Shown: positions 1 to 10,250 of the stretch, piece after piece
How positions within the stretch are numbered: position 1 is the stretch's first letter
How the letters are laid out: each line of letters opens with the position of its first letter
Assembly: GCA_038087875.1 (NCBI GenBank)
Contig: CM075977.1
Location: forward strand, 353,586,001-353,650,000
Source of the DNA: Malacoraja senta
Lineage: Eukaryota
Direction of reading: 5' to 3'
Length of the DNA: 64,000 nucleotides
Translations under genes and position numbers: made by a program
The notes under the pieces: generated by a model
What the model was told of the DNA's origin: nothing
Seen by the model: the letters and a program-made list of their open reading frames with translations, nothing else
Database searches by the model: none

Positions 1-2999
1 CTTCAATCCAACAATATCCATTGAAACTACAGGCCATCAGCAGCATAGACAAATTAATTCGGGGTTTGCTAGAACAAGGAATATTGGTGAAGTGCCAATC
101 TATCTGTAACACCCCTATTCTTGTCGTTCCGAAACCGGGAAAGGAAGGTCAATATAGACTCGTACAAGACTTGAGGGAAATCAACTCTGTTGTAGAACCA
201 CTTCATGCCCTGGTGCCAAATCCTGCCCATATCCTAGCCCAAATACCGGCAGAAGCCAAAGTTTTTTCGATAGTCGACTTACAACATGCATTCTTTTCTC
301 TTCCTCTTCATGAAGACAGACAATATTTGTTTGCCTTCACCTATAAGCGACAACAATATACCTGGGCCAGGTTGCCTCAAGGATTCGTCAACTCGCTTAG
401 GTTATTTTCCAGGTGTCTGCAGGATCAGCTATGTACTTTAAAGTTTAAAATGAATTCAACCTTAGTACAGTATGTTGATGACCTATTGGTGGCTAGTAAA
501 GATGAATCCAGTAATTGGGAAGACACTGCACAACTACTGAATCATCTAGCCGATCTAGGATATGTGGTTTCCCCATCAAAAGTACTGGTAGCTCAGGAGA
601 ATGTAAAATTTGTCCGGATTATAATTTCAGCCACCGAAAGAAGTCTTGAGAAGAGCAAACTCGAACTTATCTGCGAATTTCCAATCGCAAAAGAAGCCAA
701 ACAAATGAGGCAATGGCTTGGCATGGTCAATTATTGCAAACCCTGGATTCCAAATATAGCTCTAGAAACAAAGGAGCTAACACCCTATACCAGCAAGGAG
801 GGTGAATTTAAACTAACATAAGAGGCACAGGAAGCATTTGAGAACTTGAAAAGATCTTTGATGCGAGCCCCGGCATTAGGAAGGCCATTATACGATCGTC
901 CCTTCCAGCTGTATTGTACAATTCTATCTGATTGTGCCACTTCGGTATTAACACAAAAGCATGGGGATAGACATAGACCAGTTGCATATTTCTCCTCCAA
1001 ATTAGATCCAGTAGCTAGGGGACATCCTCTTTGCACTCAAATCTTAACTGCAATTTACAATAGTTTACAATCGGCTGCTAATTTGACACTCCAGCAGGAA
1101 ATTGTAGTGTACAGTTCACATTTGGTATCGGCATTGTTGGGGCAGCTTCAAACCCAGCATTTGACAATGGCCCGACAAAATAAGTATGAGATCTACCTGC
1201 TAAACAATCTGAAATTGCAATTTAAACACTGTACATTAATTAACCCAGCCTCCTTTCTTATTTCACCCCCAGAACAGCGAGCGGAAACAGGACACGACTG
1301 TCTATTTGTTATGGAGGAGGAAATGTCAGTGAGAGAGAACTTGAGTGATGTACCAATGGAAGACCCTGACATCACATTATATGTGGATTGGAGTGCATCC
1401 ATTGTCTGGGTATGCAATTATTAATCAAAAGACGGAAATTATGGAAGTAGCTGCCTTTGAATTACCCTATCCATCACATCAAGCTGAATTATTTGCTTTA
1501 ATTAGGGTTTGTATTATTGGGGAAGATTTAAAAGTAAACATTTACACTGATTCTCGATATGCATTTGGGGTGGTGCATGATTTCGGACAATTATGGAAAA
1601 ATAGGGGATTTCTAACTTCAGCAGGAACCCAAATATCACACAAACAATTGGTGACAAATTTATTAAAGGCCTTAATGGTACCCAGACAAATCTCTGTAAT
1701 ATAATGTAGTGCCCATACTAAAGGACAGACCCCAGTAGACATTTGAAATCGTAATGCCGACTTAGTAGCTAAAAAAGTATCATGGGAACGTAAGGAGGTG
1801 GTACCTAGAATGATGAGGCAGACTAAACGTGTAACTAACAGGTCCCTCTTGGAGAAACTGATGACGACCATCCAAGAAATCGTTTGATTACAAGAAGAGG
1901 CTACTGAAGGAGATAGGGAAAGATGGAGACAACTGGGATGTGTACTGGATTGTATGACTGGGCTGTGGACCACTCCAGCAGGGCAAACCTGTATGACAGA
2001 CTCATTGGCCGAATGGGTTATTGAGTGTATGCACTATGCAACCCATTGTGGTGCAAGAGCAGTAGGGGACACTCTATTAGCTACTTGGTGGCATCCAAAA
2101 TTACAATCTTTTGCTCAAAAGGTGAGCAGTAATTGCCTGTTCTGCCAGCAATACAATCCAGGGAAAGGAATAGGATGTGAAGCAGGGAAAACACCGTTGC
2201 CTATGGGTCCTTTTGAGACATTGCAAATGGAATATATTGAATTAGAAAGATGCCACGGATACAAATAAGTTCTTGTCATAGTCAATGTATTCAGCCGATG
2301 GATCGAAGCATATCCAACCCTTGACAATAAAGCGGCTACTGTTGTCAAGGTGCTAATGAGAGAAATAGTCCCGAGATTCGGCATTCCCATTCGACTTAGC
2401 TCAGATAACGGTCCACACTTTATTGGACAAATCAATAAAGAATTTGTGGACAGCTGGGGATCCAGCAGCAATTACACTGTGATTATCGACCACAGGCTGC
2501 CGGACTTGTAGAAAGGGCAAACCAGACCCTTAAAACCAAATTAGCCAAATTAAAGGCAGACTGGACTTGGATGGATTAAATTACTCCCAATAGCACTATT
2601 TCAGAGGAGAGTCACTCCTACAGGAAAGTCTAGATTAAGCCCAGCTGAAATTATTTACGGTAGACCCCTGAAAACCCCTTGGAACCAGAATGCAATAAAA
2701 ATAGTTAGTTTCCACCTGCAGAGATGACCGAATGTATCTTAGCCTTGACAAGAGCCTTAAGGGATTTACATTGTAGAGTAAGAGCAGCCTATGAGGTTAT
2801 GCCTTCACTAGTAACTCCCATTAAAGTAAAACCTGGAGACTGTCTTAGTGAAGAATTGGGTAAGGAAAGGGTCGAAGTTCATTGGGAAGGACCATACGAA
2901 GTTCTATTAATGACTCCGACCACAGTAAAGGTAGAAGGAAGAGATGCCTGGGTGATTCTTCATCATTGTAAAAGTATTAATGAAGGTATCAGTAGTTAA
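1..2999 (+). pseudogene. pol: Endogenous retrovirus pol remnant (RT-tether-RNase H-integrase), class I (epsilon/gamma-like), with stops and frameshifts; begins upstream of the window
   Basis: RT motifs LPQGF and QYVDDLL (ORF 21-821); tether RPVAYFSSKLDPVARG (846-1424); RNase H VNIYTDSRYAFGVVHDFGQLWKNRGFLT; integrase HYATHCG..CLFC, SDNGPHF, GLVERANQTLK and C-terminal WEGPYEVLL..VKVEG. Confidence 0.93.
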
Positions 3000-3264
3000 C
3001 TTGTTTTCTCCCAGGTTTTCTGAGGAATTCTAATCAAGGACCATTGGACTATCAAGACGGATGGAGGGAATTCGCGCCCACGAAAACTTGGGAGGTGAAG
3101 ATTCCTCAGACAGAACTTGTGAAGTTATGCCCATGAAAACTCGGGACGCTTGACAAGATTCTGGGAAGCTACATCAACATCTTCTTGTTAGAACATTGTT
3201 AAAGTATAGCAGTCATCATTGTATTCTGGAGTTATCATTTATGATGAGGGTTATCAAGAATGAT

Positions 3265-3276
3265 AAAATGGGGGAA
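3265..3276 (+). promoter_or_regulatory. ERV polypurine tract
   Basis: AAAATGGGGGAA immediately before the TG that opens the LTR. Confidence 0.75.
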
Positions 3277-4055
3277 TGTAAATATTGGCTAAATTAAAGA
3301 CACCATAAAATGGAGGATCCCTGCACTTGTCAGAATTGCTTAACCCTTGTCAGCTGAACTTTGCAGGCTTTGATTGGCACCAGCCAGTCTAGGCTCAGAC
3401 TGATATGCAGGATGGTAAGGAGTCCAGGTGTTCTCCATGTTTCTCTTAAATTGATAACATGTATTGTGGTTTTGCAAACTAATCTTAAATGCATCATTTC
3501 TATTCGGTCGCTGCAAAAACATTGTAAATAGTATAAATAATGTTGCAAGATGGTCATCTTGTTAATTGATGATTGGTCGAACTGTTGAGCCTTGGAGAAA
3601 TTGTTTGAATCTCGGGGCACATGTTTCAATGCTTGTTCTTATTAGCTTCCTTCGAGAGCTTTCTTTCTTATATAATGTATGAGCTGTTGTATTATTGGGT
3701 TAGGGAAATGCCTGTTATGTATGGGGTTAATCGATATTTGTAATTGGGTTATTAAGAGACCACCCCCGTGTGGTTCGGCCCCTCGAGGTCCCGGGACATA
3801 TAAAAGTCCGCGATCACGATGCTTAGGGTCGGTCTTCTGGAAGAACGCTCGGGACTGCGTGAACTTCTGGAGTGTCTCTGTCTGAGTGAGGCCTAGAGGG
3901 CTTGAACAGGCAAACACAAGGATCAAACCCGTGGTGGGATAGGTACAGTAGTTGATTTGTAACGCGCTTTTGGTAAAATAAAATGTAGTTGTTCAAGTGC
4001 TTGATTCAGTGTTTTTACTGAAACTAGGGGGAAGCTTAGAAACGAGCAATTATCA
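3277..4055 (+). mobile_element. ERV 3' LTR (~780 bp)
   Basis: Starts TGTA after the PPT; TATAAAA at 3799-3805; AATAAA at 3977-3982; ends ...TTATCA, after which unrelated Penelope-type repeat sequence resumes. Confidence 0.8.
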
Positions 4056-4357
4056 TTGCCTGTTCTGCTGAGTTACTCCAGCATTTTGTGTCTATCCAGG
4101 GATGACAATGCTGGTTTAGTGGAGATGCGGCATTTGTCATTGTTTAGCAGTCCCTGAACCAACTCATTTTCAAACTGCACTGTCACCTTGATGAAACCAA
4201 GGAATGGAAACCATTTTTGCATCTGGTTTCAGCCCTAAAACCAGCTATTTAGCCTTGAAAAATACTCACAATCCCCCGAGAAGGATTACTTCTCAAGGAA
4301 TCATGGAAATTTAGAGCAATGGAGGCTATTCAGCCCATCATATCCATAGCTGTTACA

Positions 4358-4530
4358 TAGAAACATAGAAACATAGGTGCAGGAGTAGGCCATTGGGCCC
4401 TTCGAGCCAGCACCCCCATTCAATATGATCATGGCTGATCATCCAAAATCAGTTCCCCGTTCCAGATTTTTCCCCATATCCCTTGATTCCTTTAGCCCTG
4501 AGAGCTAAATCTAACTCTCTCCTGAAAACT
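4358..4530 (-). mobile_element. CR1 LINE 3' end fragment
   Basis: Reverse complement of the CR1 3' UTR and (TTTCTATG)n tail seen at 14340-14470. Confidence 0.8.
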
Positions 4531-4532
4531 AA

Positions 4533-6380
4533 TGTTGGGGACTCATCCCAATTGCCAGTTGTTGATCTGTACTTTTGCACACTATGGCACATCAAGTGAC
4601 GAAGGTGTGGCAGGGACTGGCAGGAGCCCAGCCAAAAACTAGTTGGACACAAGTTGTGTGCTCTAGATGTGTTTATTCTTCTACATATAGCTCCCTACTC
4701 CTCAGCTGACACGGGCGCTGCCCAACTTAAATAACAACTCAGATACTGACCCAGTGACTCGCGCCTGCCCCACCAAGTCGCCACCCTCTAGAGCCCATGG
4801 TTTGTCGTGACCTTGGGTTGCCATCAGGTGGCGCCACATGACCCCCCCCCAGAACCAGAGGCACCGAACCACACAGGACGTCGCACAAGGCGTCCCGAAC
4901 GCGTAGATACTATCCCGCTCCCCAGGGGCTTGCTCGGTTCGGAAGAATCTCCGGGAGCCTGGGATGGTGGACGCCTGCGACGGGGAGGTTGAGCCACATG
5001 GACTGGCTCACTCAGGTCCAAGTGGGCCGGTTTCAAATGAGCCACAAACACCGTTTCACACCGGCCTCCCATGTCCAAATCGAATGTAGTAGGCCCATGC
5101 CGCAGCACGCGAAAGGGACCTTCATGCGGGCGCTGCAAGGGTGACTTGAGGGAGTCACGGCGAAGAAAAACGTATGGGCAGCCCATCAGTGGCAGTGGCT
5201 CATGGGAAGGGACCACTCCATGACGCGACGTTGGGTTGGGAGATAGGGCGCCGACCCTTTCCCGCAAGTGGATCAGCACCGATGACGGGGATTCCTGGGA
5301 CCCATCAGCAGCAGGGACAACTCCACGGAGGGCGTTGACAGATCCTCCTTGAGGGCCGTTCGAATCCCCAACAGGACCCACGGCAACTCGTCCATCCACC
5401 TAGGGCCTGTGAGATGAGCCTTCAGGGCGGCCTTCAGGCAGCGGTGGAACCGCTCCACCAACCCATTTGATTGGGGATGGTACGCTGTCGTGTGGTGGAA
5501 CTGCGTCCAAAACAGGAGGGCCATGGCAGACCACAGTTCAGATGTCAACTGGGCGCCCCGGTCGAATGTGATGTGCAGTGGAACCCCAAAGCGGGCAATC
5601 CAGGCTGCTACGAGAGCACACGACTGCATTGAAGTGTCCATGACCGGGATGGCCTCCGGCCACCGCGTAAAACGGTCGACCACCGTAAGCAGGTGTGAAA
5701 CCCCTTGGGACGGAGGCAGCGCCCCACGATGTCCACGTGTATGTGATCAAACCGCCGGCGTGGCACTGCGAATTCGTGAACAGGCGCCCAGACGTGACCT
5801 TTGATGTCTGGTCTGTGCCTCAGCCATCCTCCTCTCCTGTGACACTTGTCTTGTCTGCGGCTCCTGTGGGCATGGCCCTCTTGTGGGCGTGGTCCTGGGT
5901 TGCTGATCCTGCCAGGTCGTGGTCCTGGGTTGCTGGGCCAGCCTGGTCATTGAATCAATCTGATCCTGCGATTCCGGGGATTCCGGGGATTCCAGCGGCT
6001 TCAGGTATTCCAGCGCACCACCTGCTGCTGGTCAGAGATCCACAGCTCGTCAGCGCGGGCCGCTTGCTGGATGGGATCTTCAAAGCTCTCCCCCACGAGC
6101 TGCTGGCAGTGGTCTCGTGGCAACTGCTGCAGGTAGGTGAATTCAAAGAGCGGACAGGGCAGGTGGTCGCCCATGAGTGTGAGCATCTCGCTCATGAGGG
6201 GCGAGGGCATGTTTCTTCTTCTGCAATACAGCTCCCTAATCCTCAGCTGACACGGGCGTTGCCCGGCCTTAAATAACAACTCAGATACCAACCCCGTGAC
6301 TCGCGCCTCCCCCACCAAGTCGCCGCCCTCTAGAGCCGATGGTTCGTCGTGACCTTGGGTTGCTATCAGGTGCCGCCACA
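4533..6380 (-). mobile_element. Internally deleted Ty3/Gypsy LTR retrotransposon
   Basis: Direct repeats 4533-4838 (TG..CA, AATAAA, preceded by G9 PPT at 4842-4850) and about 6210-6380; integrase DRFTRWPEAIP..HHTTAYHPQSNGLVERFHR and GPF C-terminus; gag fragment MLTLMGDHLPCPLFEFTYLQQLP..ARADELW. Confidence 0.88.
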
Positions 6381-6521
6381 AAGGCTGAATACTTTAACAA
6401 CCTATGGGTTAAAAAAGATCTCCCTTCCCGCTGATTCATCGACAAATTATGTTAAATCAATTTCCCCCCAATTAGGATCTCTCCTTTTCACTCTATCTCA
6501 GCCTCTCGGCACGGTTGCCAA

Positions 6522-6846
6522 GGGCAGCACGGTGGCGCAGTGGTAGAGTTGCTGCCTTACAACACTTGCTGCGCCAGAGACATGCGTTTGATTCCAACTA
6601 CGGGTGCTGTCTGTACGGAGTTTGTACATTCTCCCCGTGACAGCGTGGATTTTTTCTGAGATCTTCGGTTTCTTCCACACTCCAAAGACGTACAGGTTTG
6701 TAGGTTAATTGGCTTGGAATAGGTGTAAAATGTCCCTTGTGTGTGATAGTGTTAATGTGCAGCGGTCGCTAGTCGGTGCAGACTCGGTGGGCCGAAGGGC
6801 TTGTTTCCGCACTGTATCTTCAAACTAAACTAAACGAAACTAAACT
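6522..6846 (+). mobile_element. tRNA-derived V-SINE (HE1-like)
   Basis: A-box-like GGTGGCGCAGTGG head, V-domain GGTTTCTTCCACACTCCAAAGAC, CR1-type tail with (CTAAA)n. Confidence 0.85.
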
Positions 6847-6914
6847 CTCAGAATTCTAAACCTCCCTTCAGCCTCCTCCACACCAAAACAAATGGCCCCA
6901 GCCAGGCCAATCTT

Positions 6915-8320
6915 TCAGAGTCAAAGAGTGATACAGTGTGGAAAAAGGATATTCAGCCCAACTTGCCCCCACCGGCCACCGGCTACACTAGTCCCACCTG
7001 CTTGCGTTTGATCCACATCCCTCCAAACTTGTCCTATCCATGTACCTGTCTAAATGTTTCTTAAATGTTGGGATAGTCCCAGCATCTACTACCTCCTCTG
7101 GCAGCTTGTTCCATACACCCACCACCCTTTGTGTGCAAAAGTTACCCTTCAAATTCCTATTAAATCTTTTCCCTTTCACCTTTGTCCTCTGGTCCTCGAT
7201 TCTCCAAGAGATTCTGTGCATCTACCTGATTTTTTCCTCTAATGATTTTATACACCTCTATAAGATCACCTCTCGTCCTCTTGCGCTCCAAGGAATAGAG
7301 ACCCAGCCTACTCAACCTCTCCCTATAGCTCAGATCCTCTAGTCCTGGCAACATCCTCATAAATCTTATCTGAATCCTTTCAAGCTTGACAATATCTTTC
7401 CTATAACATGGTGCCTAGAACTGAACACAATACTCTAAATGCGGTCTCACCAACGTCTTGTAGAACTGCAACATGACCTCCCAACTTCTATAGTCAATAC
7501 TCTGACTGATAAAGGCCAATGTGCCAAAAGCCTTTTTGACCACCTGATCTACCTGCGACTCGACCTTCAAGGAACCATGCACCTGCACTCCTAGATCCCT
7601 CTGCTCTACAACACTCTCCAGAGGCCCACATTCACTGTGTAGGTCCTGCCCTTGTTAGACGTCCCAAAATGCAACATCTCACATTTCTCTGTATTAAATT
7701 CCATCAACCATTCCTCAGCCCACCTGGCCAATCTATCCAGATCCTGCTGCAATCTTTCACAACCATCTTCACTATCTGCAAAACCACCCTCATTTGCATC
7801 ATCAGCAACTTGCTAATTTTGCCATGTATGTTCTCATCCAAATCATTGATGTCGATGACAAACAGTAACGGGCCCAGCACCAAACCCTGAGGCACACCAC
7901 TAGTCACAGGCCTCCAGTCCGAGAAGCAAACTTCCACCATCACCCCCCGCTTTCTTCCATGGAGCCAATTTGCTATCCATTCAGCTATCTCTCCTTGGAT
8001 CCCATGTCGAACGACTTACTGATGTCCATGTACACAACATCTACAGTTCTGCCCGCATCGACCATTTTGGTCACGTCTTCAAAGAACTCAATCAGATTTG
8101 TGAGACACGACATCCCACAAAACCATGTTGACTATCCCTAATCAGCCCTTGCCCATCCAAATGACTATAAAACCTATCCCTCAGAATACTGTGTAGTAAC
8201 TTTCCAACTGCAGATGTTAAGCTCACTGGCCTATAGTTCCCTGCATTTTTCCTGCAGCCCTTCTTGAAAAGAGGCACAACATTTGCCACTCTCCAGTCTT
8301 CTGGCACCTCTCCTGTATTC
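6915..8320 (-). mobile_element. CR1 (HER1-like) LINE, 5'-truncated and decayed
   Basis: [36 protein letters not shown] and FCTQRVVGVWNKLP on the minus strand. Confidence 0.92.
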
Positions 8321-8399
8321 TCATAATGAAATATTCCATGATGAAAAATTAGAAGATTCAATGTGAGGACAAATACTCTATTGAACAGGTGTATGAGAG

Positions 8400-9820
8400 A
8401 GAGCACTGGTTATATAAAGGCCTGGTTTGGTAACAAAAAGGAAAAGGATGACAGAATCTCATAGACACTGCACGGTCCATCATGGGTACTGGCCTTCACA
8501 CCGGGTTCAACCGGGTGGCGCCGCGAGTGGCAGCCTCGCCAGCAGCTCATGTGTTTTTTTGACTTTTTTTGTTATTTTTAGTGTGTCAAAATGTATGTTT
8601 TAATGTTTCTCAGTATGTCTGATGTGGGGGTTGGGGGCGGAATAGGGGGAAACCGTTTTCAATCACTTACCTCGACGGAGATGCGACTATTTTCCGTGAC
8701 GCATCTTTGCCCCCCTTGCAGCCTAACAACTGGTTTGGTGCGGCCTTTCCAGACCAGAGACAGAGCCAGAGCTTCAAGCAGCAGGCGCAGCGCGGACTTA
8801 CCATCGCGGAGTGGGTGATGGCATCCTTTGCCGAGGATCGCCAGTGTTGGAGCTCCGACCTCGGGTGCCTGCTGACTTTATCATCGTGGAGCAGCAGTCT
8901 GCGGAGCTTCTAGCCGCAGGCGCGGTGCGGACTTTAACATCGCGGAGATGTGATCCTTTGCCGAGGATCGCCAGTGTTGGAGTTCTGACCGTGAGGCCTG
9001 TGGACTTTAACATCGTGAAGCCGTAAGAAGCGGCCGATTCGGGTACTCCAAGCAGCGGAGTGTGTTCCGATCCGTCCCGACGTCAGAATTTCGATCATCC
9101 CGACGAGAGGGCCTAACATCTGTAGCGGCGACTGTGGAGGGTTTAAGGCCCCGACCACGGGTGAACAAAGGATGAAGATGGCTGAACTTTATTGCCTTTC
9201 ATCACAGTGAAGAATGTTGATTCCACTGTGGTGGATGTTTATGTTAAATTCTATTGTGTATTGTGTTCTTTTTACTTGTATGGCTGTATGGTAACTCAAG
9301 TATCAGTGTACCTTAATTGGTGCACGTGACAATAAAGTGAACTTGAACTTGAACACCATCAAAGGGATCTTTAGGAGGCGCTGCCACAAAAATGGTGCCA
9401 ATATGATCAAAGACCCACACCACCCAGTCCACACTCTCATTTCGCTTCTGTCATCGGGAAGAAGGTACAGGAGCCTGAAAACCATGACCACCAGGTTCAA
9501 GAATAGTTGCTTCCCAGCAACCATCAAGCTCTTGAACACTACATAACACTAAATTCAGAACTATGAACTTCTATGGACTGTGTCTTTGAATGTATTGCAG
9601 ACCTCAGCATTTTTTTCATAGTTGTTAAGTTATCAAAAAATAATATTTTATTATATTTATCTGTAATAGCCCCGTCCCACGGTACGAGTTCATTCCAAGA
9701 GCTCTCCCGAGTTTGCCCTGATTGCATTTACGGGCCTGTTAAGATGCAGCAAATAAGAATTTCATTGTTCTGTTGTCAGTACATATTACAATTAAACACT
9801 CTTGGCTTTCTTGACTCTTG
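8400..9820 (+). mobile_element. Rex1/Babar LINE 3' fragment, interrupted by the 8503-9352 insertion
   Basis: IKDPHHPVHTLISLLSSGRRYRSLKTMTTRFKNSCFPATIKLLN (ORF 9337-9546) is the typical Rex1 ORF2 C-terminus. Confidence 0.75.
8503..9352 (+). mobile_element. Unclassified CpG-rich non-autonomous retroposon, copy A
   Basis: TSD ACACC (8498-8502 and 9353-9357); GGCGCC..TGGCAGCC head; internal repeats; AATAAA plus (TTGAAC)n tail; related to four other copies in the window. Confidence 0.75.
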
Positions 9821-10250
9821 ACATCTGTAGAAATAATAGGAGTTGACCTTTGAGGCCAAAGAAACTTTGTCAGAACGGAGGAAGAACCCTACACGTCACA
9901 TCATTTCCATTCCTTTGCTTGTGTTCTCACTCATTCTAGTTGTTGAGTTTGTAGTCACATCGATGGATGGGTTTGAGTTTCCAGTGGTCTGACTTTGGTT
10001 AATGGCTGCCCGTATTTCTAGTCTAGTCTAGGTGATGTTTACAGGGGCTCAATATTTATGCAATTGTAACGCATTTTTAGTTTACTTGCGAATGATTATT
10101 CACACATTCTCTTTACCATTCTATTTTTTGTACTCAGGGTGTACCTGGAGAGTATACCAAGGTCCCTTTGTTCCTCAATGCTTCCTAGGGCCCTATAATT
10201 TTTAGTATATGTCCTACCTCTAATAACTTCAAAATGCATCATCTCGCACA

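Noticed and set aside
1-2999. APOBEC-type G-to-A hypermutation of the ERV
   Set aside because: The stops I inspected do not appear to derive from TGG codons and many Trp codons are intact.
3330-3926. Short ORFs after pol as env or accessory genes
   Set aside because: They lie inside the LTR, are mostly antisense, and lack signal peptide, furin site, ISD/CX6CC or TM features.
6522-6600. tRNA genes at SINE heads (also about 13240, 35690, 62840)
   Set aside because: The A/B-box heads run into the V-domain and a CR1 tail; no complete cloverleaf.
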